Assembly: GCF_036321535.1 (NCBI RefSeq)
Contig: NC_087436.1
Coordinates: 54,500,001-54,564,000, forward strand
Length of the DNA: 64,000 nt
Source of the DNA: Camelus dromedarius
Taxonomy: Eukaryota
Direction: 5' to 3'
Shown here: positions 48,691 to 62,190 of the stretch, piece by piece
Layout: the number at the start of each line of letters is the position of its first letter
Position numbering within the stretch: position 1 is the first letter of the stretch
The notes under the pieces: generated by a model
Databases searched by the model: none
What the model was told of the DNA's origin: nothing
What the model saw: only the letters and a program-made list of their open reading frames with translations
Made by a program: the position numbers and the translations under genes

Positions 48691-51600
48691 TGTACTCTTT
48701 CCACTCTTCTAGAATATTGAACTAAGTTTTTGTTCTGAAAGTTTTATGCTACATAGCTAAAGCCATAAAATAGTAGGAAAATGTCAAATACCATGTGCTA
48801 TTTATACAGTGGATAAAACCGCTTTGCATTACATTAAAGTTGTAACTTTAAAGTAGCATGACATTTTAAATTGTTTGACTAGCTGGCTTCTTTAAGGAGC
48901 TGCTTCACTACAGTGGAGGAAACTCTTCCATTCACATGTGACAAACATCTAGGTGGTAAAACAGTATATGGTATTTCAAGAATTTAAAATTGTAATATCA
49001 TAGCAGAAAGGACTTGTAAATGATTATCCTTTCCATGCCTCTGTCTTAAGTCATAATATTGTTTAAATTATTAAATATAGACGGTCAACAATTGTTTTTA
49101 AACTTAAAACCCCTCCAGGTCATACCAATACTATTCTTTGACTGTCCCACCAAAACTTCTCCTGGTCTAATTTCAACCTTTTCATTGTCCACAATTAGGA
49201 CAACTCACTAGCATATCTACGTGTGTGTGTGTTTAAATCATCTCTTTTCTCTGAGCTAAGAATATTACTTAAAATTAGACAAAGACTGCACATCTCCTGC
49301 AGGATGTTTGTCAAGTTTCTCTAGTAAAATTTGTGTCATTATAAATGATTCGAGTTTTAGTAGTGATGCCTAAAGTAAGTATACAATAATAGCTCTTATG
49401 GTAACATATTGAATTTCAAAAGCTAAATGAATATTAGCTGCATAGTGGAAAATTAATTCCAATAAATTTTACTCTACAATTATTTGATTTTCCATCAGAT
49501 CCCACTGTAAAACTGGAAGTTGGGAAGTTTTTAGCTACTTGAAACAATTAAAGTTTGAAAACCAATAAAAAATCTCTCAAATTATATACTTAAAAATAGC
49601 TAGTAAAATTTATGCAAAAGTAGCAACATTTTCTTTTTATTCCTCAATAGAAGAAACATGGAAACATGAAAAATACAATTATAGTACCAGCAATTCTCCA
49701 AGTATGTGTTTCAACCCTAATACTCTTTTCCTGTTTTAGTTGTAGTATCAAATTATTAAATAACAGTCCAATGTATCAAACTAAATATTTGTGTAAAATT
49801 TTTCAATTAATTAGCTATCTGTAATTATTAGATTTTACCATTTTTCCCCTCATGGAGTACGTAGAGACAGGTTGAAAAGAATTATATCCTCTGATTACAG
49901 GGATAGCAAAGTTCAGTCTTTAGATTGAAAGGGTAACTAATTCTAGTGTTTCCTAGCTCTGACAGAAATTCCATTAGAACAAACATTTTTCATAAAATAT
50001 ACTTGGATTAGGTATTTTTTGACTTTTTAAAATGACAAATTAAGTTTATCCATGGAAAATACTTTTCTTTAAAGTGAATTTCTTTTCATCCTGTTTTTAA
50101 CTTCAGGATTCTATTCTAGTCTACTTAGGCATGTATGTTAATATTAGTTCAATTTTTAAATATAATCTTTGGTGTAAATTCTTTCTGAACAGATTAGACT
50201 ATATGTATATTTCTGTTGACAATGAGATTCTATCTTAGTTTTTCAAAAACCTTTCCAGAGATGGTGAAATAATGTAAAATAATGGGTCTTTGTTTTTGTT
50301 GTTAATTCCAGTTTCACTGTTATGTTTATCTCATGGTGTCCAGGGTATATTTCTGAATATTGACTTACGGATTTATCAGTTCTGAATAATGGTCTTGAGG
50401 GGTATAGCAGAGGAGCACTGGGAAACTTTGCTTCTCCTCTAACTGTGTTAAACGGAACAATTTACCTAACAGTATAGAGTTGGTTTCCAATTAATTAAAT
50501 TCGTGGACTGGCCTAGTCAACACATCAGATTTCCTTTATTTGCTAAAATTTTTTGACTTGCTGTTGTTGATTTGTTGACCTTCTGTTAAGTGACTCATTA
50601 TTTCTTTAGGGAAAAATGAATGATCGTATAGGGATGCTATTGCAGACTCCAGGATGATCAGGGAGTACACTGGGGAAATGACACAGGTAGTTTTATTCTC
50701 TTCAAGGTACTGTCTAATAATGTATAATAGTAATAGATAGTGAACTAAGTGTACATTTCTCTATCAGAATATAAATATTGCAGTATCACACATGAAATAT
50801 TCCAAAAAATAAATTCTGACAACATAAACCTCAGAAGTCTGGAGTTAATTTTTAGGCGTCCTAACTGATTCTTTGTTTTAAAGCAAAATTTGACCCCACA
50901 CTTATTTGTTCAAACCAAGTTCAGTTTTATTATTTCTTTTATTTCATAGTTACACATACTCTAAAAACTTTCTGAACCTCTGTTATTTGAAATAAAAATT
51001 TTCCCTTTAAATTTAAATACAGATGATTTATGATTAGCTTTTTATTATCTGTATAGGAAAAATTCTTGGAAGAAAAAGTATCAGTATTTGTGTTTCTTAT
51101 AATTGCGCATAAAGATTCATAAAACTTTATGATAGATCTCTGGAGTGGAAATGTTGTAATCACTTTTTTTCTGAAGTACTGTCCTCTCCAGAGCACAAAG
51201 CTTAAACTGTCTTGGCATGGTGGGTAGCATTCCTTAGTATTTTAGACCAGGAACTGAAAAAAATTCTGTAACCAGTATATACACAGAGGAAATTTATAAG
51301 GGCCTAACTTCATTACATGTGACTAAATGTTTTTGTTGTCCTTACATATGACTAACATGTTTATGCTATGGTCAGATCTTAACATTTTTTATTATTTTTG
51401 TAAGCTGATTCACACGTAGTTGGAATATGAGTTTTTTCTGACTTGCACACTTAATCATACAAGTTCACAGAGACTGGTGTGGAGAATCTTACTATTAACT
51501 TGAGGACTGGTCCATGCTGGTCCATAGTGTACAATTTACAGGGGCAAGTAGTTTAGATCCTTCTATAAATGTAAAAATATCTTAAGTGTGTACAAAATAT

Positions 51601-51756
51601 TTCTTTTTTATTGTCTTTTTAGTCTATAGAAGTCACAGTATATGGGAATATATGATTTTCATAGATATATCTTTATTTTTATTTTTTTCTGATTTAGATT
51701 TCTACTGATAAATTCCTTTTAATTTTCAGTCATTATCCTTGTCAATATTCTTAGCT

Positions 51757-52512
51757 TTTTAAAATTGAAGTATAGTCAGTTTACAGCATATCAGTTTCTG
51801 GTGTACAGCATATAATTTTAGTCATACATATACATACATATAGTTGTTTTCATATTCTTTTTCATTATAGGTTATTACAAGTTGCTGAATATAGTTCCCT
51901 GTGCTATACAGAAGAAACTTGTTGTTTATTTTACATATAGTAGTTAGTATTTGCAAATTTCAAACTCCCAATTCATCCCTTTCCACTCCCTCTCCCCCTG
52001 GTAACCATAAGTTTATTTACTATGTCTGTGAGTCTGTTTGTTTTAAGTTCATTAGTATCATCTTTTTTTTAGATTCCATATATGAGTAATAACATATGGT
52101 ATTTTCCTTTCTCTTTCTGGCTTATTTCACTGAGAATGACGATCTCCAGGTCCATTCTTGTTGCTGCAAGTGGCATTATTTTATTCTTTTTTATGGCTGA
52201 GTAGTATTCCACTATATAAATACACCACAACTTTTTAATCCAGTCATCTGTCGATGGATATTTAGGTTGTTTCCATGTCTTGTCTATTGTAAATGGTGCT
52301 GCTATGAACATTGGGGTGCAGGTATCTTTTCAAATTAAAGTTCCCTCCGATATATGCCCTGGAGTGGGATTGCTGGATCATACGGAGTCTATTTTTAGTT
52401 TTTGAGGAATCTCGATACTGTTTTCCATAATGGCTGCACCAAACTACATTCCCACCAACAGTGTATGAGGGTTCCCTTTTGTCCACACCCTCTCCAGCAT
52501 TTCTCATTTGTC
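51757..52512 (-). mobile_element. Relatively young 5'-truncated artiodactyl/camelid L1 3' end
   Basis: Minus ORF MFIAAPFTIDKTWKQPKYPSTDDWIKKLWCIYIVEYYSAIKKNKIMP..LEIVILSEISQKEK is the L1 ORF2 C-terminus; T-tract then ttgaagtatagtcagtttaca. Confidence 0.92.
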
Positions 52513-52959
52513 TTACACACGTTTTCATAATAATATGCTGTCTTCTATTGTATTTACTTTTCTAGTTCATCTCTTATTCTGAATCTAACTTTTCAAGATT
52601 GCTTTTCCAAAATCTAGTGCTTCATACATATAGTCTCCTATTTGGAGTCATTCATTGACTCCCCACTGTCTGTTTTTTCATGCATCAGTCACAGTCCTAC
52701 TTATACGAGACCTTCTGTGTGTAGAACACAAGATCTAGACCCAAGTCCTTGTCCTGCCTTTTTATACTTAGTTACTATCTTGTACTCCACACTCAGCTCC
52801 TTTTCTTCTCTATACAATTATTCCACTGTAGCCAGCTGTCTTTCACTTGTTACCCGGACATGCCATAATTATTCTATAATTACGCTATTGTTTTTTTAAC
52901 CAGAATATCCTCTCCTCTTGTTTAAAAGCTTTACTTGTATTCCACTTACACTCTGCATA

Positions 52960-53150
52960 TGTATTGATTCATTTAATTTTATAGCATCTCTATAAGTTAG
53001 ATGCTACTGATATCACAGTTTTACAGATAAGGACACTGAGACATGGAAAGGTTAGGTAACTTGCTAAAAGGTTACACAGCAAATAAGACCTGGGAATTAA
53101 ACTCTAATATTCTGACTCAAAAATCTGATCTCTCAACTACTTTATTTCAA
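52960..53150 (-). mobile_element. MIR SINE
   Basis: ttttacagataaggacactgagacatggaaaggttaggtaacttgctaaaaggttacacagc. Confidence 0.8.
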
Positions 53151-53596
53151 GATATACCCATCCCTCCTCCTTTTTCCTCTTTCATCCTCTCTCCACTTCT
53201 TGTTCCCTCTTTCTTCTGTCTCCTTCACCCCTCTTCTCTTCTCTCATTCTTTTGGGAATAAGTTCCTAGCTGTGTAGTGTCCTGGCTAGAGATGCAAGGC
53301 GACATTTGCTTCAATGTCATCTTCTACTCTGAGCTGTCATCTCCTGAGTTAGGATGTTCCTGCTTGGGATCTTCCTTCTGTGCTGCCATTTGCAGAGGTA
53401 TCTGCATCTTCATTTACTCCCACTTTCCTCTGCAGCATCCTTCATTATGGCCACTAGGGCTCCTCGGTGTCTGCTGGCTCTATCCACCTCTCTTCCTTCC
53501 TTGGAAACTTGGCAACCCTTCTGTACCTCACTGGCATTCTGGGAGTCTCACTGGGCTTTTCTATACCAATCCCTTTACACAGCTATCTCAGTTCTG

Positions 53597-53650
53597 GTTT
53601 TTGTTTTGTTTTGTTTTGTTTTGTTTTGTTGTTTTGTTTTGTTTTGTTTG
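53597..53650. repeat. (TTTTG)n pentanucleotide microsatellite
   Basis: Direct inspection. Confidence 0.95.
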
Positions 53651-56600
53651 ACATGGAATTCTGGGGAACCTTCTGGACCTGGATAACTCTCAGAGCAAGC
53701 AAGGGAAGAGAACAACTATATCCTGTATTCTAGCTCTGGTTCTAAGCCTTTCACATCTCCATTTCTTTAATTTCTTATCTCTTTTGTGATGGTAGCTCTG
53801 CAGTTATTATTTTCAATTTTCCTGTCTTAAGCTTGAACCACCATTTTTATTTGTTTGTTGGTTTTAATGTTTTAAAATTCAGGAACTTGATGTCTGTATT
53901 TTTGGCTCCACTGTCCCTTAGAGCACCAAGTTTCTACAAATAGCTAGGCCATTTATAGGACAAGAAGAAAGGGAGGATGAAAATCAGTTCTATTAAAAGA
54001 TTGTGATGTCATTCCCTCACATTACCATCAGACTGGAGGCCAAAAATAATGTTGAGAATGAGCTGGTAGGGAGCTAGGATGATGAAAATGTTGTTTTAAT
54101 GTGATAAGATAAATAATTTCATATTTTTGATGAAAGTAACCTAACAGAAAGATTATGTGGAGTAATTTTGTTCTTTTAGCCTGGAATATGACAAAATGAA
54201 GGAGGGAGACAACAGAAGGCAGATTATTAAGGACTTTATTGCCTTCGCCAGTGTTTTCCTCCTGAGTGTGTCATATTTACTAGTTTATATTAATGCTTTT
54301 GTTTTTCACAGAACAATGGTGTCTACCTTCCTACTAAAGGTGAAATGATTTTTGACAATTCCATTTTTACTGTATTATATGCTTCTTAAATATAGACTCA
54401 TTTAATTAAACTTCCAATAACTCATAGGGTTTTAATATGTGATTTCTGTTATCATATCATAACTTTTAACCTTATTTTATAAAAAGAAACTGAATACTTA
54501 AGTGCACCTGCCATCATTTTTAAGTGACTGTCTCTTTTATTCATGGTTTGTTTCTTCTGACGAGGTTCTCGGCAGACAGTTCTTATCTCTGTGTTTTTAT
54601 AGTTTCTTAATTATTCACTGTCATTTTTAAATGAATGCTCCAGGAATTCTTGAGTATTTACATACTCTTTGTCACCTTGCTTAACTTTGCATGTCTCATA
54701 GAAAGGTCTTGATAATTATTGTAATAGAACTTGAAAGAAGTTATGTCAGCCTGCACATACCATTAGTGCATTAACGTGTCAAAATAGCAGTGAATGACAC
54801 AGCTCTAGGCAGTCTTAAAAGCTACTAATGGCAGACCAACTCTAAAGAATTGATTTGTAAGCAATACTGAGGCTATAAAACTTTCTCCTTGATATATAGT
54901 TTCAGAAAGCCTTGTTCTATGATTCACCTTATTTTTAGCAAATGAGTAATAGCTATTTGAATAAGTGAGCAATCAATAAAGACAATATAGTTGATGTTCT
55001 TTTTGTTAAAGTAGCAATAGAAAATTTCAAATAGGAAAGCTAACAAGGTAGAAACACGTTACAATTAATTCAGTTGTTAACATTTAAACTGCAGTGTAAT
55101 CTTATAAGTTACTTTTTTGTGGTTAATAGAAATGGATGTGGTAATGTGGTTTGTCAAACTAATAGCTTTTTGACACCTAGAAAATTGAAGAGAAAAATAT
55201 TTGAAAACTGAGATATATTTCATAAATATAAATTTATGAGAAATAATGTAGTAGATACGGTTATCTATTGGTTTTTAAAACTAAAAAGGTGTTTTAAAAC
55301 TAAGGGTATACAAAGTTCCCAGGCTAAATGACCTAATACATTTTACGTTGAGTTTTAGATTAAAATGTCATTGTATTGTTTTTCCATATGGCAGTCAGAT
55401 TCTTTTAACACTGTATTGCTGTTGTTTGGGCTAAGTCTGTCTCTCTCTCTCTCTGGGGGCTCCATTAGAATAGGGGTTATCCCCATCATGCTTCTTGTGG
55501 CTTCCAGGACTAAGCTTAATTTATAGCACAAACTGGGAGCCAAATTAATACTTTTATAGAAAGGAATGTGTGCTCCTTCAAGGGCCAAACCATATTTTAA
55601 TATAAGGCAGTTTTTTATAAGTGTCACAAGAATGGCACAAAGGGTAATTCAAGTAAGATGAACATATGTCTCAGATTTCCTAAAACTTGCTCCATATGGT
55701 TAGTTGTTGAGAGGAAGAACACAGTAGTAAGGACACTTCACTCAATGACATTCAAATTTGCACATAAAACAAGTAAATTGCATTAGAGTATTTGAGAGTT
55801 TATGTTTAACCCTACAATTTGTAACTCTGATTCTGATTCACATTCACAGCTAAACCATATAATAGTGAACTGCAAATAAATTGCTATTTTGAATGAATCC
55901 TAAAGTACTTTTTCAGTAGCAAATGAGCTGAGCACAGTAACAGGTAGCTTCATAGCTCATGGATTTTATTCCATTGCAAGTGACAAGGAAGAGGGAATTT
56001 CAGGGAGACCCTAAAGAGCTTTGAATTTTCCCAGGGTGTATTTGGGGAAAGTGCTGTGGGAAAGAAGATGACTTGCTTCATTTGTATTTTATTTCTTTCC
56101 TCCACTCTTCATTCCATCTTTATGTTTTCATGGTTTTCATTAAGTAGTTGGAAATAAATGACTTCTTGAAACAATTTTTTAAATCAGATTGAAAACATAG
56201 TATTGCACTATCAGAACAAAATGAGAAATATTCAACATAAAATTTTAAAGTTAGATTTCAACAAAATTATATATATGTGTACATACATATATATAAAGTT
56301 TGCTTTTATAAAGCAAATAATATTTTTCTAGCATAATTACAGGCTAAATAGACAGGGAATTTTATACTCAGAGTACAATTTTTTAGAAGTGAAGAAAAAC
56401 AATATGGCATAGTTCCAAAATTTTTCACACATTAAAATTGCTTTAAAATTCCTTACTCCAACTTTACAATATTTTAACTTTACAAACTGTGCATTCTATC
56501 CTAACTTCCTATTTCAAATTGCTCCCTCAACTTATAATTTACTACTCTGGAGACAAGTGGTTGACTTTTTATGGGGTGATTATTTTCCAGTTGTTTCTTC

Positions 56601-57779
56601 TTTCAATTCCCTTTTCTGCTTTTCCCCTCTAAGCACCCACAAACACATGTACGTGTCTTTTCTCATTTACTTGATATGTGGTCCTTACAGTGAGGCTGTC
56701 TTTCTGAGAAAATGAAATTTTATATCTTGTTAAAAATTCCAGAATGCTGTGTCCCAAATGAGTACATTTCTGAATACAAGACCCTAAATCTGAAAAGCCA
56801 GAAGGGAAAATGACTTGCTTGTAATATACATAACTACTTATAAAAATGCAGCCTTATAGATTTACTAGGGCCATGATTTACAGTCGTGTAAATTCCCGTA
56901 AGTCAGGTTTTCATCTCTGAAAGTGTTCCGCACCACAACAAAACAGATTTGTAGTTCACTTAATTATGATTGTATATCTTTGTAGCACGTATTAGACATG
57001 CCCCATGTTCACCTTAGGGAGATCATGTTCCAGATACATTTTTGGTTTTGTCCAAAGGTCTGATTATTTTGCACTTAGCTTAATTTCACTGAGACCTTGG
57101 GCTTAAAGACCCATGAATGTTTTTTAAAAACAATCCTCAGTGTTTCTATTCATGATATTTTATCCACTTTCAGATAAGACTTTTCAGTTTGTGACCACGT
57201 TCCCCAGCCTCGCTTCATCCTCAGGTGTCCTAATGAAAGAGAATACGTCGGTTATGAGGAATATATGTTAAAAATATAAGTATATATATCGTAAACAAGC
57301 CCTTGCAGGATAATGATATGTTCAAGAGAAGGAAGCTACAACTAAAGAAATTCAGATTTGATCGTGTACATAATTTTTGGTAGTAATAAAGAGGATAAAA
57401 GTACAAGGTAGTCAAGGGCTGGAACAAAAATTGAGCCAACTGACATGAAGAATTGGAACTTTAACTTTTATCTAAATATTTACAAATAGTATTTTGCAAG
57501 TGTGTAAAAGCCTGTATTCTGGAAGCTAAGAAATTATAAGGATAAATATAAGTGACGCAGAGTTTTGGTTACTATTAGTTTAAGTAATACAAAATCACAT
57601 GCCATATGAAAAACATTTTTATTGCCAATAAAATGCAACTCACTTTTTTTCTCCTCCATAAGAAAATAATCATCTCAGGAAGAATTTCTTCAATTCCCTT
57701 TTTTATAGACACTTTGGGAATCGACTTTCATAGTGAAAAGGAAATCTTTTCCTTGGATTTGAGGATAACTTTTAACTCA

Positions 57780-59235
57780 GTCCTCTTGACGTGATCCCCC
57801 AGGGCTCTCACACTTAGTGTCCTGTTTCTTCAGGTGACACCCTCATTCAGTTATCGTCTTTCCCCTATTTCTTTAATCTCTCTGCTGCTTACATGCCCTT
57901 CAGCATACAGTATATTCATAACTCTAAGATATTTGGACCAAAAACAAAATCTCCTTCCACTACACATTAACTACGCTCAATCTTCCTTTCTTCATGGCTA
58001 GACTTTAAAGAAGAGTCCAAATTTATTGTCTTCATCTGTTTACCTTCTGTGGACACCTCCACCTGCTTTAGCCTGTCTTCTACCACTCAGGGGCAACTGT
58101 TTTTGTCAAGAACATTAGTGAATTCTTGAAGGCAAAATCCAAACAACATGTTTTAAAATATTGTTTCTTAGTTTGTATTTTTTGTTTATTTCTTTTGTTT
58201 TGTTTTGTTTTGCAGTACTGGCCACAGTGGCCACTTCCTCAGGGACGGTACTTTTCCTGTTTTGGCTTAGCTCTGTGACGTAGGCTGGGTGGGCACTGTA
58301 GTGTTAGATTTCATGAAACCTGCCAGGAGCATCTGGATTTACTGTCCCTATTTTGCTGCTTAATACCTGGTTTACTTTGAGGACATCACATAATCTCCTT
58401 AAATTCAGTTTGCTTTTCTTTAAGGTAAAGATAATAATCATAACTACATAATGGGTTGTAAGGATCAATTATTTTGAAAAAATTATTAAAGAGCCTAATA
58501 TGGTGCATACTGAGCCCTCAGTAAGTGAAGGCTGTTTATGAATATTTTTAAACCATGAGGATGCTCTTCCCTCTCCATACTGTATTCTTTATCTGCCATC
58601 CTTCCCTTTTTTCCTTTCCCTCTCATCCTTTTCCTCTTTTTCCTTCCTTTTCTTCTGCTGTCACTGTCTATTCTCACCTTTCTCCTCTCTTCTTCTGATT
58701 TTCTTTAGTGCTCTTAGATGCTCTGATCAGTATCCTGGCTGTTGCTACTGATAAATCCCAGACCGCTTATCTGGTCCCCATTTTCCCCAAGTGCTTCACT
58801 ACATATTGAATTTCATGCTGGACGTTTCCAGCTGGGGGTTCCCTGTGCACCTCAAGGACAGCATGTTCCAAGCTGAAGTTACCTATCTCATAACTCACCT
58901 CACTTCTGCTCCATTGCCTACCATTCCTATGTTAGTTGTTGATGCCAATCACTCAGCCCTGGAAGTTCTTTAGTTTTACTATCTCCTAAATCTGCATCAA
59001 CTTTTCCATGCCCGCTCTTCCTTTCCCAGTTCATAATCTTATTATCATTCACCTATATGAGTACAATGACCTGCTATACGGTACTGTGCACTTCCAATCC
59101 AATATTCAAATTGTGTTGCCAGTTTTTTTAACTTTCTAAGTATAAATCTGATTTTCTTATATAATTTGCTAATTTTTAATTGTTTCCTGTACAATCTCAG
59201 GCTAAAAAATTAAAAACTTCTTAACACAGTATGCA
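57780..59235 (+). mobile_element. L2 LINE fragments, interrupted by a MIR
   Basis: gctactgataaatcccaga; gctggacgtttccagctgg..gcacctcaaggacagcatgttccaagctgaa; aagtataaatctgat. Confidence 0.6.
58290..58545 (+). mobile_element. MIR SINE
   Basis: ctttgaggacatcacataatctccttaaattcagtttgc...taaagataataat...gggttgtaaggatcaatt...tggtgcatactgagccctcagtaagtg. Confidence 0.7.
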
Positions 59236-59269
59236 CATTAAGTGCATAACTGTTCTGTTTTCTGTATAT

Positions 59270-62190
59270 TTTAATTTTGATGATTATTTTCTATTTATGG
59301 CAAATGAGCTTCTAATGACACATTTTGGTCAATCTTCTATGTGAAGCTGAAAATAATTTATCTTCTGCAGGTGCTGTGCATAATGTTCTGTACGTGCCAG
59401 TTAGGTCACATTGGTTAAGTATAGTATTCAAATTTTCAATCGTGCTACTGTTTTGTTTTGTTTTTTCCCTTCTGTATATTCTACTAGTTTTTGAGAGAGG
59501 TGCATTTAAAATTTCCTATGATGACTGTGGATATACGTACTTCTCCTTTTACCTCTAAAATTTTCTTTAGGTATTTTTTTAAGTTAAATGGAAACTAAGG
59601 ATTGTTTTATTTTCTTTTGAAATTATTTTTTCATTATAAATTAGCCCTTTTTATCTCTAGTGATTATTTTTACTTCACAGTCCTTTTAGTCAGATATTAA
59701 TATAGTCACATCTCTTTCTTTTTTTCAACAGCTCTTTCTTTTAATAAATATTTTGTGGTATATTTTTCAATTTTTTACTTGCACTTTTCTATGTTCTTAT
59801 ATTTTAAATGTTTCTTGTAAGTAGCATGTGGCTTTATCTTATTTTTTAAAACTATTCTATTTCTGTCCTTTAATTATAGTTTTGGTGCTTTTAGATTTCA
59901 TGTAATTACTCATATATTTGCATTTAAATCTACCATCTTACTATATATTGTCTATTTTTGCATGCAGTATTTGCTGTTTTTATTCCTCTTTTCTCTCTTT
60001 CTTATAGTGTTAATTATATTTATATTCACTGTATTTAATTTAATTAATTAATTAATTATATTTGTTTATTCTCATTTCTTCCTTGTATTCCTCTCTAGTG
60101 ATTATGCTCGAGGGTTCAGTATACATTCTCTTTTATTTTCTTCTTTTATTGAAGTATAGTCAGTTTACAATGTTGTGCCAATTTCTGGTGTGCAGCGTAA
60201 TGTTTCAGTCATTCAATATACATTCTTGACTTATTAGAGGCTCCCTAAGCTAGTGCTACTAGCTCTTCGTAAACAGTGCTGAAACCATACTACACGTGAG
60301 CTCCTTTTAGTCTCCTCTTACCTTTTGTACTGTTGTTGTCAGACATTTTTCTTTCTGCAGTGTACATCCACAAGACACAAATAATATTGTTTTTCTAAAC
60401 AATCAATCTTTTTTCTCTGTATCAACAAAGTCACCTTTTCTAGTGCTCTTCAGTTCTTCCTTCAGTTTCATCTTTCCATCCGGGGTCATTTTTCTGTCAG
60501 TCTGAGAAACTTCCTGTGCATTTTTTATATTGCAATCAATGATCTCAGCTGCTGACTAATACTCTTATCTTTTCTTTGTCTGAAAATATTTTTATCGCAC
60601 TCTTATCTTTAAAGGATATTTTCACTGGGGTGAACTCTAGGTTGGAAATTTTTTGTCAATCTTTTAGAGCTTAGCACATTTTCTACTGACTGCCATATTT
60701 CTGTTGGTAAGTGTGTTATCAGTTTTGTTGTTACTGCTTTTACAATTTATTTTAGTCTTTGGATTTCAACAGCTTGACCTTGATGTGGCTAGTTATAGCC
60801 TTCATGTTATTTACCCTGCTTGTGGTCCTATGATTTTCTTAAATATGTGGCTTGATAGCGTTGATTGGCTTTAGAAAATTCTTGGTCATTATCTGTTCAG
60901 AGATTGCTTTTGGCACAATTTCCCTGACATTTCCTTTGGGTAGTCTATTTACAAGTATGTTAGACCTTTGCTGTGTCCCTTACCTCTCTTGCACTCTATT
61001 TTTTTCTTTCCATGTTTTTCTCCTCCTGTGGTTTCGGTTACAATTTTTTTTTAATTGACCTGTGACCTGTTTTTAGTTCATTAATCCTGTCTTCTTCTTC
61101 ATCCAGTTTACTATTAATCTCATCCAATGAGGTTTAAATTTCAAATATTGTGCTTGTACAGTTTTTAAATGCCTACTTGATGTTTATTTTATAGATTCCA
61201 ATTCCCTGTAGCAGTTTTCATCCTTCTATGATTTTTTTTTCTCTTCCTTAATTGTTAATAATTACATTTTGATATTTTAATGTTCTTCTTGGAGAACTCC
61301 TGGGTCTAAATCATTTATTCATATCCTTCTCTTGCTTACTTTTTGTCCTTACTGATGGTCACAATTTCCTGCCTGTTTGCATAACAAGTAATTTTTAATT
61401 GGATGTCAGATTTGTGTATAAAGTGACTGTAAAAGCTTTAGTCCTATTTGCCAACAGGGAAGGCTTACCCATGAGAGACTAATCACTTCAGTCCAGTCCA
61501 GGGGGAGCAGGATCAGGTTTAGGCTGCAGTTTTAGTTAATACTCAATTCACCTTTGGTTCATCCCTGTTCCTTGGACATGGTCCTTATGAGCTCTTAATT
61601 CAAAGCCTCGTAGATTCTGCCTCCTTAGCTGTGAAACTGTGGGAGATTTAGCTTTAGTTTTTGCCCCAGAAAGCTTCAAAGTATGCCAGATGTGAATATG
61701 TGATGGGACTGTCCCTTCGTAGTATTTGCCTCAGAAACACAGCAGGATGGAAAAGATTTCACTCTTCCTTTCAGGCCCAGCCCCATCCTTGTCCATTTAC
61801 TCTTGATGCAGAAAACTGGCCACTTACCAGTGGTTTCTCCAGTTTCCAAACAATCACACTGGTGCCACATGCCCATCAAATACTCTGCTGGTTTCTCCAT
61901 ACTCCAGTAAAGTCACTTTTTGTGATCCTACTCTGGTCCTCAGATCACACCCAGAAACAAATGACCCTAGAGAAGAAAACAGATGGTGATTTTCTTTTGA
62001 GAAAAGTCTCATTGCTTTGGTATTTTAGTTTATCTAGTCTTTGTTGTTTCCTCGACACTCTAATATCTTTAAAAGCATGTGACTTTTTCAAATGGTTTGT
62101 TTTACTAATTGTTCTTTACTAGTTGTTGCAGTGTGAGCATTGGCCTTCACAAGGTATTTGATCCTATGCAGAAATGGAAGTTCCCCACCC
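59270..62190 (-). mobile_element. Ancient L1ME-like 5' region (ORF2 start, inter-ORF, ORF1, 5'UTR), antisense
   Basis: tttttgagagaggtgcatttaaaatttcctatgatgactgtgga; tgtctgaaaatattttt..aaggatattttcactggg..aactctaggttg; ttagaaaattcttggtcattatc; ccatccaatgag..tttaaatttca. Confidence 0.7.
60130..60211 (-). mobile_element. 82-bp extreme 5'-truncated artiodactyl/camelid L1 tail
   Basis: T-rich tail + ttgaagtatagtcagtttacaatgttgtg..; 15-bp TSD TTCA(G/A)TATACATTCT at 60115-60129 and 60212-60226. Confidence 0.85.

Noticed and set aside
48834..48851. Palindrome TTAAAGTT-gt-AACTTTAA
   Set aside because: Short and AT-rich; chance level
57309..57379. Possible exon encoding DNDMFKRRKLQLKKFRFDRVHNF
   Set aside because: Poor pyrimidine tract, weak donor (TTG|gtagta) and an unrecognised peptide
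61661..62122. 153-aa ORF
   Set aside because: Non-ATG start within decayed antisense L1 5' sequence; no recognisable domain
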